Positions 22,597-34,303 of a stretch of DNA of 64,000 nucleotides are shown piece after piece. Within the stretch, counting starts at the first letter, position 1. Each line of letters starts with the position of its first letter. This DNA comes from Porphyridium purpureum (Eukaryota): the NCBI GenBank assembly GCA_008690995.1, contig VRMN01000001.1, positions 434,001 to 498,000 of the forward strand. The letters run 5' to 3'. Made by a program: the position numbers and the translations under genes. The notes below the pieces were generated by a model that had not been told where the DNA came from, made no database searches, and saw nothing but the letters and a program-made list of their open reading frames with translations.

Positions 22597-23013
22597 CACA
22601 CCGTTCCCTCCTCTTTCCCTCTTGCCGTCTCTCTCTCTCTCTCTCTCTCTCCCTCTCTCTCCTTCATCCATCCCAAATCTCTCCAAACCGGAACACAAAA
22701 ACTCGCGCGCGCGCGCTTTTTGGTCACCGGCATTTTTAATCCTGGATTGACTTTTTATTAACTATTTATAGATTAAAAATCACCCGCGCCTTTTTTCCGT
22801 CGCGGGTTCGGTTTCGGCGGCGCCGGACCGATACGGACACCGCGCAGATTTGAACCGATGTGGAGCCAAGGGGTTCGGTCCGGCGGATTCGTATAGAAAA
22901 ACCGTGCCATTGTGTGATTTTGGTGTGGTGAAGATGGGGAGGATGTAACGGCTCCTCGAGCATGACCTGGATGCGCGCGTTTCATGTGTATGAGGGCGCG
23001 CATTGGATGACGA

Positions 23014-23047
<34 letters not shown>

Positions 23048-23250
23048 AGAGAAGAAGAAGAGGCGTCCAAGCTGGCTTGTGGCTGTGGCTGTGTGTGTGT
23101 CCGGTGAGGTATAGACACGCAGGCGTGTATTGGGTGAATGAGAATATACCGGAAGAACGCGTGAGAGGCTGTGGGTGTGTTGCAGTGACAAGTGGAAGAG
23201 ATTCGAGCGCGGAGACTTTCGCTCGCGCGTGGACGAGGTTGTGACTAGTG

Positions 23251-23850
23251 ATGGCGATCAAAAAGGGAGAGGTTCCCTCCAAGAGCGAGCTGAATCAAAT
23301 GATTGCAGCAGAGCTGAAAGAGTTTCTGGAGACTAATGGTGTAGAGCTGTCGAGCGTGCCAAGCACGGGCAAGACGCCGAACCGGCCGACCCGGAAGGAC
23401 CTTTTCACGCGCGCCTCCGAATTGCGAGAGGAGCTGCAGAGCACCAAGGACTCCCGCAAGGACGGAGCGCAGCCGCGCAATGATGCCACGCCGCGTGCGA
23501 ACGGCAAGGCGACTGATTTAAGTGAACCAGTGGACTTGTTAAAATCACCGACGAGCGCGCGCGGACGCCGCAGTAGCGGCCGGAGGAGCTCGGCACGGCT
23601 TGCGCCGGAAGACTCCATCGAGCCGGAGAGACCTCCCACCGACACCTCATCGGATGAAGTCGATGAAGACGATGAAGAAGAAGAAGAACAAGACGAAACC
23701 GAAAAGGTCGTTGCTGTTGTCATTCCACGCGCTTCACGCGTTCAGATGGTCGTGCTTGTTGTGTTCAATATGCTACTGCTTTTGTGCCTCATTGGGGCGC
23801 TGCTGTCGCTGCGCGGTTCCTTGTCGTACTTGTCGGGTAGCTCAAAATAA
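23251..23850 (+). CDS. C-terminally anchored membrane protein with N-terminal LEM/HeH-like motif
   Basis: LNQMIAAELKEFLETNGVE...TRKDLFTRASEL helix-loop-helix, basic Ser/Arg linker, acidic run, single C-terminal TM. Confidence 0.65.
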   Translation: MAIKKGEVPSKSELNQMIAAELKEFLETNGVELSSVPSTGKTPNRPTRKDLFTRASELREELQSTKDSRKDGAQPRNDATPRANGKATDLSEPVDLLKSPTSARGRRSSGRRSSARLAPEDSIEPERPPTDTSSDEVDEDDEEEEEQDETEKVVAVVIPRASRVQMVVLVVFNMLLLLCLIGALLSLRGSLSYLSGSSK

Positions 23851-26697
23851 GTCTCGCGACTACATCTTTCTAACACGTATTTGTTGGACTAGGTTTCGCT
23901 TAGAGCGCACATGGCACAACAAGGCGCAAAGGATCGTGCTGCTTTTCAACTTATTGCCACTAAAATGCGGCTTGACTTTGAGAAAAGCCAGTGACGTGCA
24001 ACAAATTTGTAGATGCACTCTCAGAGCCAGAGGCGACTCTGGTGTCTGAACCGCAGATTGAGTGGCAGTTTCGTCTGATCATTGTATACGAAATTGGAAC
24101 GCGTCAACTCGTGCAAAGATAGTCCCCGAATTGTCCAATCGAGCTCACGCCAAGTGGCGAGTAGTCCGATCCTCGTCAAGCGACGCAGCGGTCACAGGAG
24201 CTGTCCAGCGCGGTAGCGCTCCAGTCATTCGTACCAAGAAATTACTTCCATCGTTTCTGTTCAGGGAAGACACGGTCACGTTCAGCTCGACTTGACGAGC
24301 TGACATTGTAAGAACAACAATGAAGCTGCAAGAGTGAGATACGCTCACTCGGACCCTGCGCAGTCCCTTGTTCGTGGGTCGCTCAGACCCTGAACGCTGC
24401 GTGACTATTCAAGTTCCGATCCGCAACTTGGATTCTTCCACATCGTCACACTTGGGTTCGCCGACCGCGGTCAATCCCGTATTGCTGCCTCTCCATGCTG
24501 CAGATCCAGCGCGCAAAAGCAGCCCATTGCTTATACCGCTATCGGTCCAGCAGCTTTTCGCCACGTCGCCCAGCTTGTACATATGTACCGCGTATGAGAC
24601 TGAGAGCGTTGGCAAGAGCAACAACCATTCATGTTCCGCGGGTAAGCGCTGCGGCAAGCGATGGTGGAAAAATCACCAAATATTCTCGCCGAAGTCTACC
24701 TTTGGGCCAGCGCAAAGCCGCTGCATTTCTTGTCGAGAGCCGGACTCGCCGCGCAGATGTGGCAACCTGAAAACGAGGTGCGCTCGCTCCGGACGCCGAT
24801 GCGCCACGCAAAGCGCGCGACACACGAAGTTTCGGCTGCTGCAAGATCAGCGTGCAGAGTTCCGCGCCATCGCCATTGATGGCAGTGCCAGCCTTGTTGT
24901 CTGTCTTGGTTCATGACAGCTCGGAAAGCGCAAATGCAAGAAAGCGCGAGAAGGCGAAAGCAAATCGATATAGATGCTTAAATAACTCTTGTGTCGTACA
25001 TGTGCACATGATCATGACGCAATCGAATGATGTCCTCAATTTCTCACCCGGCATCTCGTCCGCGGCACGGGTGAACCGATGAATACGATCGGCCACGGGT
25101 GAGTGGCCTGAAAAAGGACGAGCAGGCAAGGCGACGCCAAGATTGCATGCACTCCACAAAAGAAAAGAGACAAATGAGAGAAACGCTCTGACGGTGCTTG
25201 CCTTTTGCAACGATCTCATGCTTTCGTGACGATCATGGGTAGATCATGCGTATCCAATTAGACTGAAAGACATTGTTTTGGGTTTGCTCTGCATCCTCGC
25301 TTGCACGGCCGCACACGTGACGCAAGATGGCAGGGGTGGTTCAGCAGAAATCAGTACTGCTCCTTCCTCAGATAATCAAGGCCAGTATTCGCATGTTCGA
25401 AGCGTCAAGCAGGTTTCAAAGGTGGGCGACGTGGAAAGACTAATGTTGGTGGAACAAATAGGTCCGATTGCAATGCCTTGTAGATCATGATGATCATCAT
25501 CATTTGACCAGAAAGCGCGTCAATAGATGTATGGGCGCATTTGAAGAAACACATCCAGTCGTGCGACGGCAGCTGAACCATCTGCGACAAGGCTAGAGTA
25601 CGCTAAGTTCATCCTTCTGGTTGCAGCGGGCCGGAGGGTGCATGTGGTGGAATTTCCAATTTCTCCTGCTGATACATCGGTGCAATCGAACACATGGCAT
25701 TCATAAGCAAAACATAAGCCAGCTGCAAGTCCAAGAGCGATTAAACAACCCCTCAAGGAGCAAATGACAAAATCTTGCTTTGAGTCATCGTGAGCAAAGC
25801 GGACTTGAGCGAAATGACGCAATCAAAGCCGGTCACATTCAAGGTGTACGCCCGCGATGGCACGGGACCCAATGATGCTTTTCTTGCGATGAGTCCGAAG
25901 GGCTCATATGCAGCTCTGCATTTCGCAAAGTCTCGCACCGACATGAATTGAATCTTCGCCGCCTTCGTCTTGCGTGCCCATTTGCCAAAACATTCCCGCA
26001 CGGTCCGACGACAGCGTCGTTTGGAGATCGACGATATGAGTATGCGCTGTGAGGTCATGGAGCACGGCGCGTGGGACTAGAGCCAGCTGGCGCAGTAGCA
26101 TGATGGACAAGAAACCGTAAGCCGCTGCATACGCGCTACTGCTACTGCCTGCCTGAGCAAGCAACGCGCAACAGGCCATGTTCTGACGAGAAAGACCGCG
26201 CGATCCTAGAAATGACCTGGACGAGTCCGAATAAGTAGCCATTAAACGGCGCACCCTTGGCGCGTGCATCTGCAACACTCACAACAGCTGAATGGTCAAC
26301 TTACGCTTCTTTTAGTATACGCGGCGCATCAAGACCAATCGGCCTTGAGCAGGAGGACGTAATCTTCCCGAACACGCCAACAAGCAGCTTGTCGTTGGTC
26401 TTTTCCTTCTACTCCAGCGTCGTCCGCAGATATTGTCCGCACAGCTGTTGCTTTCGCTCGCCGGTCACTGTCAATGTCCGCTTCGTCATCATCGCGCTTC
26501 ACAGCCTGCGCCCCTGATCAAAACCCAAGCGATCACATCTTAAACACTCCCTCGTCACAAGCACCATAAGAGCCACTAACCAGTTGAATCCTGCGGAAAT
26601 ATCCGCATTTCAACGGCTGGAATACGACGCAGGTTTTCAGCGGCAGGTGGCAACTCAGCTGCATCGAGTCGTGCGGGTTCTAATCAGAGTCAAGACG

Positions 26698-28290
26698 ATG
26701 GCTGTGCAAGCGTTTGTTCCGAGTTGGGGCTGCGCTGCGCCACGCAGCGCGCATTGGGACTACGTGCCGATCGCGTCGTCGCCAAGTCGTCCGTTTTCCT
26801 GGTTTCGATCGCACGTGAGAAGAAGGAGTTCGACCGGTACGCGAACCCACGCGGTTACGCGAGCGGATTCAGAGGCCGCGCAGGGTCGTGCAGTAGGCCA
26901 AAAGCCAATGCCTACGCAGGTGTCGCTGTGGGAAACGCTGCAGGCTCTACAGCGTAACGCCGGCGTCGCAGGCTTTGCAGTCGACGAGCTACGTGCAAAG
27001 TATGGCGATGTGTTCCGGGTAGATCTGGGCGTTTTCAAGCCCGTCATTTTGTGCGGTCACGATTCGCTGAGGCTCATGGCCAATGCACCAGACTCAGAGC
27101 TCTCCTTCGGCGCAAATATGGTACCTGCGCTCCAAATTGTCATGGAGCCAAAGGACTATGCCGCCACGGTGTTCCCCTTCATGGACTATCCTCTTGACCC
27201 GACTCTAATGCCGAATTTCGAGAAGATGCTGGTGGAAGCCTTTCGCAAAACAAACCACCTGACCAAGTACCGCGAACGCTCACAGACAGCGATCCGGCGT
27301 GAGCTGGCTCGCCTGGCTGAGGACAACTTTGCTGAGACCGATTTCGTCGAGGTGTGCTCACGGGTGCTGTTCGCGTCGTCAACGACGATTCTGCTCGGTG
27401 ATCGCTTCGCGTCCGCGTATGGCTATCAGCTCTGGCGCGATTATTTCGAGCTCGAGGCTCTGGCGAAAGGACCGGGGTACCAGCTCATGCCGAACGCGCC
27501 CTGGAACGCCAAGGTACAAATCGTGCGTCGCAAGGCACGTCGAGCCATCCAAGACGAAATCGAAAGGCGCATCGCACGCAGCTTGAAACCCACCTTGGAT
27601 GAAACCGATGACTATTTAGACATCATCCTGTACATGATGGACGATGTGACGATTGGTTCACGAAAAGTCGGTGCGATCGTGGACCAGATCATGTCAATTT
27701 TCCTGGCGATGCACATTACGACGGTTACTTCAGCCTCGTGGACGACGGTTCGGCTGGCTCAGGATCCTGGCGCAATCAAAACAATTCGCGATGAGCTGGC
27801 AAGCCTTGACCTGACGCAGCTTGCGTCCTTCCTTCCGGGCGCGATGCGAACACTGGACGCATACTGGAACGAAACCATGCGCATCGCAACAATCGGCCCC
27901 TTGCCCCGCTGGGCGATGAAAGACATCGAATTTCAAGGGGTTCGAATCCCAGCGAAAAGCACTGTGGTGCACTACATGAATACTACGCATTTGGATCCCA
28001 CGATCTACCCGGACCCGCTGCTCTTTGACCCGAATCGATTCCTCGACCCGCAAGTGACCAAAGAGCTGACCCGAAGCGCCAAGTTTTGGAAGTTCGGTGT
28101 CGGCGCTCACACATGCACGGGCAGTCGGCTGGGGGAAATGGTACTCAAATTGTTCTGGACCGAGCTTTTGTCTACGTACGAAATCTCAACGTCAATGACC
28201 GCTGCGCAGCTTCTCGACTTTGTTCCCTCGAAGTTTGGAGCAGAAATGCCCAAGGAGACCATGCGCGTCAAAATTATTCCACGCACGTGA
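26698..28290 (+). CDS. cytochrome P450 with putative plastid transit peptide
   Basis: Heme motif FGVGAHTCTG, ExxR (ETMR), PNRF, I-helix FLAMHITT; N-terminus MAVQAFV plus Ser/Arg-rich segment. Confidence 0.93.
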   Translation: MAVQAFVPSWGCAAPRSAHWDYVPIASSPSRPFSWFRSHVRRRSSTGTRTHAVTRADSEAAQGRAVGQKPMPTQVSLWETLQALQRNAGVAGFAVDELRAKYGDVFRVDLGVFKPVILCGHDSLRLMANAPDSELSFGANMVPALQIVMEPKDYAATVFPFMDYPLDPTLMPNFEKMLVEAFRKTNHLTKYRERSQTAIRRELARLAEDNFAETDFVEVCSRVLFASSTTILLGDRFASAYGYQLWRDYFELEALAKGPGYQLMPNAPWNAKVQIVRRKARRAIQDEIERRIARSLKPTLDETDDYLDIILYMMDDVTIGSRKVGAIVDQIMSIFLAMHITTVTSASWTTVRLAQDPGAIKTIRDELASLDLTQLASFLPGAMRTLDAYWNETMRIATIGPLPRWAMKDIEFQGVRIPAKSTVVHYMNTTHLDPTIYPDPLLFDPNRFLDPQVTKELTRSAKFWKFGVGAHTCTGSRLGEMVLKLFWTELLSTYEISTSMTAAQLLDFVPSKFGAEMPKETMRVKIIPRT

Positions 28291-28643
28291 AGCTAGTGCG
28301 ATCGACCGTGAGCCGTTTCATCTGCAGAGTTGCGACGGAAAAGTAATAAAGTGACGACGGTCAAAAAGCTTCATACCCCGCGTGCTAGCTATACAAGCAG
28401 GACACTTCGCGAGAAAGTTGTATCTGTGTTCTGCTCAAGGACTTTACAATGCAGAATTTCGTGTGACCAGACAAGCGATCGCTCCAAGTCTCAAGTTTGC
28501 AGTACTCTCCGTACAAAAAGTATGCGAAGACGTCATCTGGTCGAGTAATGTTCAATAAAACACATTCATGAGCATGCTCGAGCACAGCCCGATTGAAGCT
28601 AAATCAGGACAACAAGGCAGGAAGCGCTCATGTGCTGCGACCC

Positions 28644-29900
28644 TCACTCGAAGTATGGAGACGCCAAATTCGCCACATACTCACCAATTGCGGGAGATGC
28701 GGTGAGGCCTGGACTATCGATACCAAGAACATTGATGAACCCACGAAGACCCTTTGAAGACTCGTCCTGAATGACCCAATCGCGGAAACCGCTGGTCGAG
28801 CTTTGAAGCTTGGGGTGGATTGCAGCGCTATCCGGATCGAGCTGCTCCCTTTTTAGTGTTGGTAAAAACGGAGAGCACTTTTCGAAAAATACATCTGCAA
28901 GCGACTCGTCGACGCTTAGGTCGAACGCATTACTGCCAATGTATGCGTCTCTGGCATCCGGCGCGTTCCAGTCAATACTCAGCTTCCTCTCATCAAGCCA
29001 TTGAGCGTACGGACCCAACCGCATTCCGCCAAAACAGTCTGGAGTGGTGTGAATCCCCAAGCATCCTGGGGATGGCGGGGGGTACACGAGCATTTTGGGG
29101 AAGTCTTCAGGCTTTGCCCGCCATTTGAACCAGCACGACTTGTTCGCGTGCAGTCGGTACTGCGACAGAGCTACATCAATTCCGGCCAGCGCGGCCACGC
29201 GCGCTGCACCGATACCGGCGCAGTTGATCACAACGCTGCTGTGCACGCTGGAAGTGTCCATTCGTTTCAATGTCCGTCCGCGCAGGTCAACATTTGTCAC
29301 AGATACCTCAAATCCGGCACTGCCACTACCCGTGCCTCCATGAAGCGATCGTGGCGCCGCCTCAATGCCATCCACTTCCGCATTGAGCACCACGTCGGCG
29401 TGGGCATTGCGCAGCTTTCGGTCGAAGAATTCCAGTAGCTCATGCGAATCCACCACGCCCGAGTCGGGGCAAAAGATAGCAGCAGATGCGGTGGTATTTG
29501 GTTCCATACTTTCGACCTGCTTCCGTGTGTCGACCCATCGAATTCCTGGCACACCACACGCCTCGGCGTTCTCAAACAGCCGCCTCAAATGCGGTACATC
29601 CTGGTCCTGCGGGGCAACAATCAGTTTCCCGAGCTTTTTGCACGGTATATCCTGTTCCTTGCAGAGCATGTACATGCTCCGATTCCCAGCGATGCACAGT
29701 CTGCTCTTGAGCGAGCCCGGCGCATAGTAAACCCCAGAATGAACTACCTCAGAGCTGCGTCCGCTTGTCTCCCAGCCCAGGCGGGTATGTCGCTCAACTA
29801 GCACGATGCCGCGCCGTGCAATTGCCGCGCGCGAAGCGCATGCTGCTGCGACAGATAGCCCGATCACGCCTCCTCCAATTACCACAACGCCAACATTCAT
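28644..29900 (-). CDS. L-2-hydroxyglutarate dehydrogenase/LhgO-like FAD oxidoreductase
   Basis: VVVIGGGVIG, ETSGRSSEVVHSGVYY.PGSLKSRLC, GKLIVA, GIDSPGLTASPAIG. Confidence 0.88.
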   Translation of the reverse strand: MNVGVVVIGGGVIGLSVAAACASRAAIARRGIVLVERHTRLGWETSGRSSEVVHSGVYYAPGSLKSRLCIAGNRSMYMLCKEQDIPCKKLGKLIVAPQDQDVPHLRRLFENAEACGVPGIRWVDTRKQVESMEPNTTASAAIFCPDSGVVDSHELLEFFDRKLRNAHADVVLNAEVDGIEAAPRSLHGGTGSGSAGFEVSVTNVDLRGRTLKRMDTSSVHSSVVINCAGIGAARVAALAGIDVALSQYRLHANKSCWFKWRAKPEDFPKMLVYPPPSPGCLGIHTTPDCFGGMRLGPYAQWLDERKLSIDWNAPDARDAYIGSNAFDLSVDESLADVFFEKCSPFLPTLKREQLDPDSAAIHPKLQSSTSGFRDWVIQDESSKGLRGFINVLGIDSPGLTASPAIGEYVANLASPYFE

Positions 29901-30116
29901 CCTTCCGCCTGCGTCCCTCTTCACCTGGGTAAAATCGCTCAAGTATTCGGCACGCTCGACTTGTTTGTTCGGCCAAGGGACGCACGACTCGCAAGGTGTT
30001 GGGTGTGCCTTGTGCGCGAGTGCGTTGCTGCTCGCTACTGTGCGCGCGCGGTGCAAGCATACTCTTGGGGTGCGCTTGCGCAAGGAACGCAGATGGGCGG
30101 CACAGTGCACACGCAG

Positions 30117-33100
30117 ATGCCGTGTTCGGCGTTTGTCGTCGTGAGCGCGACGGGACGATGGTTGGAGCCGCCGGCCATCACAGGCGCGCACACGGGGGTC
30201 GTGAGACACTGTGGTGGGTATCGGTATGCAGCAACTGGTGGTGCAACACGACAGAGACGCAATGCCCGGGTGTTTTCGGTAAGGATGGGTATCACGCAAA
30301 AGCCGCCGGACGAGGAGATTCGCCGTTATACAGGTGAATGGGGCAAAGGATCCGCAGAACCGTGGTGGGTGCGGCGGGAGAAGAAACGCGAGTACATGCT
30401 AGCGCGCCGCAGGAAGAAGCCTGTGGATTATTACAAGAATGCATACAGGCAGGAGTTTCGACGCCATAGACGGCCATTTGAAGGTAGCCACGAGCAGGAG
30501 ATGGCCGAGGAAGCCGACCCGGTGATTATTGAGCGTTTCAGGCGTCGCGTATTATCTTACCTTCTTCAGAACGGCCCGACCTTGGCTTCAGAGCTTGCAG
30601 ACGCATGTGCTCAACCTCGTACGCTTCCAGATCTTACCGCTTGGATTGTTGAAAACCAGGATTTGTTTCAGCTCAGTGAGTCTAGTCCGAGCGACGCTGC
30701 TCAGGATGATCCTTTGGTGTCGTTAGTGCCCGGAGCGGAAAAGTCAGATCGTGCACTGGAAGTGCTCATTCGGTCTCGACTTGGACCGGCGCAGGATCCA
30801 GAAGCATGTCAGCTTTTTCTCATCCGTACTGCCTCTGCAGCACAGAAGGCGGCGCGCGTGCTGGGCTCAAAACGCATCGTAGGCGTGTATGCTCACACGT
30901 CTGGAAAGATAAACAAGGTGCAAATGATTGCGATCACATGCCCACGCGCGGCATCCGCAAGCGACGATGCATATCCGCTTGGACACTGTTACCTCTTCGA
31001 CTTTTCGGCAACGCGCGAGGAAAAAGATGCAGTCGCACTGCGCGAGGCTGTATTTTCTGTGCTAGAGGCTGGTCGGATTACTAAAGTGATGCTCGACGCG
31101 CAAGATACGAGAAACGCCGTGCAGAAGCATCTGAAAATCCAAGTGCGAAATGATATTGATCTTCGTGTTGTGTACAGTTTACTCTTGCGCGAGCAACGCA
31201 AGGAAGGAGCCGAGTGGCAAGGGTGGGACGGGATGATGTCCCATTGGGAATCGACAATGGTAGGAAAGTATGGCTTCTTATCTGAATCTTTCCCTTTCCG
31301 GTCGAATGCCTCAAAATTAAGCCTGTTTGACCAGGTATCACTATGCTTGAACAATAGCAAGTACCTCGTCCGGCTTCTTCATCTTCTCTTTCGCAGTGCC
31401 GAGTTGCAAAAGACCAAGGCTCTTTGGCGCGGCGCCTTTTCGGCCACCAGCGCATACCACAGATCTGCACGTGAAGTAGAGGAAAGCAGCCGGCAAGAAT
31501 CACGAGCGAGAAGCTCAATTGGCGCATCGGGTACCGACACACAAGTCGCAGTCGTGCGGATCTTAAGCACGGACGGGGCAATGGAGAATGGAGAAGAAGA
31601 ATGGCTGCAAGACGAGCTCGCTCTCAGCCGAATGCTGAATGAGCGTGAGGGAATAACGCCGGATGAGCATCACAAATTGATGAAAGGGAGTGTATTGTAC
31701 TCAAGACTCACAGAAGACATTTTTATTCGTTCTCGGGAGATCGGTAACACATGCGTTCGCGCTCTTGTGATAGGAGCTTCAGATGAAAGCCGAAACCTGT
31801 ACATGATGGCACTGGCTTCATGGTATGGCAAAGAGCAGTCACAATCTGTGATTGTCGTTGACAGCTTTGGTGATTTTGACGCTGACATTGTTCGTGGCTT
31901 TGCTTACCATGTTCAATTTCCGAATGCATCTGGAAGCGGAAGCGTGAGATCTTACTTGCATGAGTTGATGGTGCTTGTGCAGCACACACGTGCAACTGTG
32001 GTTCTGCTTAATCGGGTTTCTTGCTTTTTAGCGAACATGGATGATCGGGATGCGCTGAAAGACTTTTTCGACTTTGCCAGGAAGGCGGGTGTCTCTGTCA
32101 TCGCAACGCCTGGAAGCTTTTCCAGACACGAGATCATGTCGAGTGAAGTCTTGTCACGGCACTTGATGGTGCACAGTGATGATCAAAATGCCTGGACTGC
32201 CACAATCGAGCTGCCTAGTGAGCTAGGCAAAGTGATAATTCACCGACATCGCAACGCAGAAAACGGGGATGCGGAGGTACGCTGGTTAGCTCGTGCCTTT
32301 AATGGCAAAGTCTTGGTGCTTTCAAGTCATCAGAGTTCAAAGAGAAATGAGCACCAAGGAACAAGGAAATCTGAAACCAAGCGTACGGATCAAATGGATG
32401 ACTTGGTCGCTCGACAGTCAGTGCCGCCGCTGCTCGCAAAGATTTATGCTCTTCTAGATGGCGATTTGGAGCCGCGCGCCTTCTCGAAGCAAGCTTTGGA
32501 GCGCAGACTCGTGCTTGAAGATGAATTCATGTACATGCAAGCCCAGCGCGCGCTTCGCCAGTCCGAAGCTGATGGAACTTTCGAAGTACCTCTCGAGGAT
32601 ATGATGGACCCCGATGCTGAGACTCCCTTGTTTGTTCCTCTAGAAGACGTGGAAGAGTCAAAGGGAGATGATCTTTTGTTCGAGGATGCTGCTGGGTCAC
32701 CGGTTGCAGCAGCATCATTTTCTCGCGCAATCGACCCGCAGCGCTTCTTTGAAGAGGACAGACGGGAGGCTGAGGAAGAAGAGCAGCAGCTGGCGCGAAA
32801 GGCTGGGGTGACGGCTGCAGACTTTTATCGCGCGTCGGAAGATGAGACCCGGGATGATGAAGGACTGCGTGAAGGCCTTCATGACGGCGATGAAAGTGAC
32901 GAAGAGAGGTTCTTTGACTCAAGTCGGCGGAAGGAAGATAGGAATTGGTTGAATTTCATGGGGATTAATGTTTTGTCGTCATCGATCAAAGCCACGAGTC
33001 GAAAACCCTCGGCAGAGAAGAACGACACAGACGATTCGGACAACAATCTAGCTGCGTTCCGCAGGTTGTCAGACGCAGGTGATGCACCATCGAGTGCGCA

Positions 33101-34172
33101 GCAGGAAAGGACGCAAAATGAGGCCAAGCCGGGCTCCAAAGGCGTGCAGGAGTACGTGCAAATGCACACCTACACCGACAAGCTGGAGGAAGCGTCAATG
33201 CAAGCATCTAGAGCGCTTGCCAGCGAAAGCTTCTCGGCGAGCGAGCGAGCGGCATCGAACTCTGAGGGCCCCTTACCGCGAATGCCAATCAGCTTTAGTG
33301 ATTTGCCGAGCGTGAATGTGGACATGTTCCTCGACGAAGAGGCCAGGGAATCAAGCTTGGGCGACGGGCGCTCGCCAGAAGTTCCCGGAGCGCTCGGCAA
33401 AGAGTCGAATCGCGAAGAGCTGGAGGGAATTGCACTAAGCGAGGGTCCTCAGCTTTTTGGCATGGATACGAACGACGGTACACTGGAGCTATCCCGTCGT
33501 TTGAAGCGTGAAGCTGAGATCATTCTTCAGCCAGAGGAGAATGATGATTTCTCGACTCCAGCACCTGGTTTTATCCAAGAACTCTTGGGAGAGGACGAGA
33601 ATGATGACGAGGCTGACGAAGACACGAGCAGAATGGAATTTGAGCGCTTCGAAAGAAATAACTTGGGGCGTGCGCGCCGGCTATCTTCACAAGATGAAGA
33701 AGACGATGGCGAGGACTGGGACGACTTTGACATTGCCTTTGCAGATCAAACGGATGCTAGGAACACCGCTGTTAGATCAGAGCTCCTTTCTACTGACCCT
33801 GACCCCTTTGAAGACAGCGAGCTGGAAATGATCATGGCGAATGCCGAAGGCTTTAGTCTCGACGACCAGGTAGACGATGGCAGCGATAGCGACTATGAGG
33901 ACGATTTCAGATCATTCGTGGGAGAAAATAAGAGTGCCCTGACTCTGGACCAGTTGAGACAGGCCGAGGTGAGGAACTCAAAGTCGAGCACTAGAAACCT
34001 TCGATCACCAGCGGATGATGCCGGCGATGAACGTAATGACTCTGATCAGGTCGGGCAGCAACGGGATTCAGAGGAAGGAGAAAGTCCCAACCCACCAGTT
34101 AGCAAAAAGACGCTCCGTAATCGTATGCGGCGAAGCCGAGGACCTATGTACAGACGCTGGGATTCCAAGTAG
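30117..34172 (+). CDS. large putative plastid protein: degenerate DnaQ-like 3'-5' exonuclease, degenerate Ycf45/SpoIIIAA-like P-loop domain and acidic tail
   Basis: MPCSAFVV transit-like start; CYLFDF...VLEAGRITKVMLDAQD...DIDLRV exonuclease pattern; ALVIG...SVIVVDS...GVSVIAT Ycf45-like pattern. Confidence 0.7.
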   Translation: MPCSAFVVVSATGRWLEPPAITGAHTGVVRHCGGYRYAATGGATRQRRNARVFSVRMGITQKPPDEEIRRYTGEWGKGSAEPWWVRREKKREYMLARRRKKPVDYYKNAYRQEFRRHRRPFEGSHEQEMAEEADPVIIERFRRRVLSYLLQNGPTLASELADACAQPRTLPDLTAWIVENQDLFQLSESSPSDAAQDDPLVSLVPGAEKSDRALEVLIRSRLGPAQDPEACQLFLIRTASAAQKAARVLGSKRIVGVYAHTSGKINKVQMIAITCPRAASASDDAYPLGHCYLFDFSATREEKDAVALREAVFSVLEAGRITKVMLDAQDTRNAVQKHLKIQVRNDIDLRVVYSLLLREQRKEGAEWQGWDGMMSHWESTMVGKYGFLSESFPFRSNASKLSLFDQVSLCLNNSKYLVRLLHLLFRSAELQKTKALWRGAFSATSAYHRSAREVEESSRQESRARSSIGASGTDTQVAVVRILSTDGAMENGEEEWLQDELALSRMLNEREGITPDEHHKLMKGSVLYSRLTEDIFIRSREIGNTCVRALVIGASDESRNLYMMALASWYGKEQSQSVIVVDSFGDFDADIVRGFAYHVQFPNASGSGSVRSYLHELMVLVQHTRATVVLLNRVSCFLANMDDRDALKDFFDFARKAGVSVIATPGSFSRHEIMSSEVLSRHLMVHSDDQNAWTATIELPSELGKVIIHRHRNAENGDAEVRWLARAFNGKVLVLSSHQSSKRNEHQGTRKSETKRTDQMDDLVARQSVPPLLAKIYALLDGDLEPRAFSKQALERRLVLEDEFMYMQAQRALRQSEADGTFEVPLEDMMDPDAETPLFVPLEDVEESKGDDLLFEDAAGSPVAAASFSRAIDPQRFFEEDRREAEEEEQQLARKAGVTAADFYRASEDETRDDEGLREGLHDGDESDEERFFDSSRRKEDRNWLNFMGINVLSSSIKATSRKPSAEKNDTDDSDNNLAAFRRLSDAGDAPSSAQQERTQNEAKPGSKGVQEYVQMHTYTDKLEEASMQASRALASESFSASERAASNSEGPLPRMPISFSDLPSVNVDMFLDEEARESSLGDGRSPEVPGALGKESNREELEGIALSEGPQLFGMDTNDGTLELSRRLKREAEIILQPEENDDFSTPAPGFIQELLGEDENDDEADEDTSRMEFERFERNNLGRARRLSSQDEEDDGEDWDDFDIAFADQTDARNTAVRSELLSTDPDPFEDSELEMIMANAEGFSLDDQVDDGSDSDYEDDFRSFVGENKSALTLDQLRQAEVRNSKSSTRNLRSPADDAGDERNDSDQVGQQRDSEEGESPNPPVSKKTLRNRMRRSRGPMYRRWDSK

Positions 34173-34303
34173 AACAAGCGAGCAAGGAAAAGGGAAAGCA
34201 TGTGAGAGAGTGCCGCCGAAGGTCCGTTTGCGAAGTCGCGTCGGATCCGTCCATCAGGGCAGCCCCAAAAACCAATCCCGTTCACCCACACGCCTGTGAG
34301 GAT

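Noticed and set aside
29901..30299. N-terminal extensions of the L2HGDH-like and 1403-aa ORFs that would overlap head-to-head
   Set aside because: Likely artefacts of upstream starts; ATGs at 29900 and 30117 give a normal short divergent promoter
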